Below, in pieces: positions 62,558 to 64,000 of a stretch of 64,000 nt of DNA (its first letter is position 1; every line of letters begins with the position of its first letter). Source of the DNA: an uncultured Chloroflexia bacterium (lineage in GTDB: Bacteria > Chloroflexota > Limnocylindria > Limnocylindrales > CSP1-4); the NCBI GenBank assembly GCA_963833225.1, contig CAWHXD010000007.1:256001-320000 (forward strand). Direction: 5' to 3'. Below the pieces are notes generated by a model. That model was not told the origin of the DNA. It made no database searches and saw only the letters and a list, made by a program, of their open reading frames with translations. The translations under genes and the position numbers were made by a program.

Positions 62558-63334
62558 CTACCGGCCGACCGCCTGCCGGTCGAGCTCGAGGACGATCTCG
62601 CGGGAATGCGCGAGATGCTCTTCCATTGCCAGTCGCGCCCCCGCGGGGTCACCCTTCGTGATCGCATCGGCGATGCGTCGGTGGTCAGCGGATACACGCT
62701 CGCGGGCCGTAGGCAGATAGGCGACCCGCCGCCGGACCTCCAGCATCATGCCGCCGACAGCCTCCAGGACAATCCGGAAGAGTCGGTTGTGCGCCGAGTC
62801 GGCCACGACCAGGTGGAAACCCCCGTCCGCCCGTGCGTAGTCCTCGCCGGTGGACGCCGAGTCCAGCGCGTCGAGCGCGTGACGGAGTCCGTCGCGATCG
62901 GCGTCGGTGGCGCGCTCTGCGGCGAGCGCGGCGACATGCCCCTCCAGTGCCGTGCGGACTTCATAGACCTGGGCGTAGTCGAGGTCCTTCGTGCCAAGGA
63001 CGAGCAGGCGAAGCAATTCCTTGGCCACCGACGCTTGGCCGCTTGCCACGAAGACGCCGGAACCCGGCCGCACGATGACCATGCCCCGCGACTGCAGGGA
63101 CGCCACCGCCTCGCGGATGACCGTTCGCGACACACCGAAGCGGACGGCCATCTCGCGCTCCGGAGGGAGACGGTCGCCGGTGGCGTGGCCGCCGGAGGTC
63201 AACTCCGCGAGCAGGGCGTCCGCAACGGCGTCAGACAGCCGCCGCGCGGATCCAAGAGGGTCCAGTCGAGGCGAGACGCCGTCCACGCGCAATGGCTGAG
63301 CGCTCTGGCTAGGCCGCGGGGGCATGCCAGTCAC
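62558..63334 (-). CDS. FadR/GntR family regulator
   Basis: LPPEREMAVRFGVSRTVIREA; FCD domain. Confidence 0.92.
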   Translation of the reverse strand: MTGMPPRPSQSAQPLRVDGVSPRLDPLGSARRLSDAVADALLAELTSGGHATGDRLPPEREMAVRFGVSRTVIREAVASLQSRGMVIVRPGSGVFVASGQASVAKELLRLLVLGTKDLDYAQVYEVRTALEGHVAALAAERATDADRDGLRHALDALDSASTGEDYARADGGFHLVVADSAHNRLFRIVLEAVGGMMLEVRRRVAYLPTARERVSADHRRIADAITKGDPAGARLAMEEHLAHSREIVLELDRQAVGR

Positions 63335-63497
63335 CCGAGAGATCCATCGGCGCGAGCGGCTTCACCGTTCGGACTATAGCCCAGCGGCTTGCTCGCTGGC
63401 GGGAAGGCCGCACGCGGAATTGTCGCCCGGGGCTGGCGACAGGGAGCCCGCAGCCGGTGAGCACAGCCCGATCACCCTGGCTCTCACGGACCAGGTT

Positions 63498-64000
63498 TCA
63501 GACGGCCGTCATGCCGCCGTCGACGACGAAGAACCCGCCCGATGTATACGACGCCTCGTCGGTGCACAGCCAGAGGTTCATCGGGGCGATTTCCTCGGCG
63601 TGTCCCGCTCGCCGGAGCGGAATCGTCGCGGTCAGCGCAGCGATGTCCTCCGGGAATTCCCGGATCGCCTTCTCGTTGATCGGCGTGTCGATGAATCCCG
63701 GAATGACGCAATTGACGCGGATCCCATCGCGGGCGTACTCGGCGGCCATCACCCGCGCCAGCCCGTGGCAACCCGCCTTGCTGGCGGCGTACGCGTCCTC
63801 GCCGAGGGCGAGGCCGTACTGCGCGGTGGGCGACCCTGTGACGACCAGAGAGCCCTTGCCGGTCGCGAGCATCGCCCGGACGGCGTGCTTGCAGGTGAGG
63901 AACGTTCCGGTCAGGTTCGTGTCGATAATCTCGCGCCACACGGCGAGCTCGATGCGGTCGACTCGATCGTCCCCCTCCGCGAAGCGCTCGATCCCGGCGA
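63498..64000 (-). CDS. SDR family oxidoreductase, C-terminal part (runs off window); paralog of 46783-47566
   Basis: DDRVDRI...TNL.G.FLTCK.A, YAASKAG, NCVIPGFIDTP, VVDGG. Confidence 0.9.
   Translation of the reverse strand, partial: AGIERFAEGDDRVDRIELAVWREIIDTNLTGTFLTCKHAVRAMLATGKGSLVVTGSPTAQYGLALGEDAYAASKAGCHGLARVMAAEYARDGIRVNCVIPGFIDTPINEKAIREFPEDIAALTATIPLRRAGHAEEIAPMNLWLCTDEASYTSGGFFVVDGGMTAV

Overview
High-GC bacterial chromosome segment; gene order and frequent leaderless genes suggest Chloroflexota (Limnocylindria-like), which is inference only. 1-21 kb is housekeeping (tkt, pfkB kinase, psuG, pyrG, rho, obgE-nadD-rsfS, holA, comEC-comEA). Just upstream of comEA lies an ~8.85 kb integrated element (21083-29929) bounded by a 13-bp direct repeat. 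It encodes a large serine recombinase, an AAA_25 helicase with an origin-like repeat region, a P27-type small terminase and an HK97-type capsid protein, but no large terminase, portal or tail, so it looks like a phage satellite. Excision would join TTGACA and TATAAT in front of the recombinase. Its cargo includes a TIGR04255 / unknown / ART-like three-gene cassette, a candidate new defence or toxin-antitoxin system. Next come a CGNR regulator locus, an IS1182-family element, leuS and tRNA-Ala(GGC). From 38 kb to the end is a catabolic island (lsrK/F/E/R-like genes, split E2, split transketolase, aminotransferase, ABC importer) with a recurring FadR-type operator. Frameshifts, including in essential leuS, point to indel sequencing errors rather than true pseudogenes.
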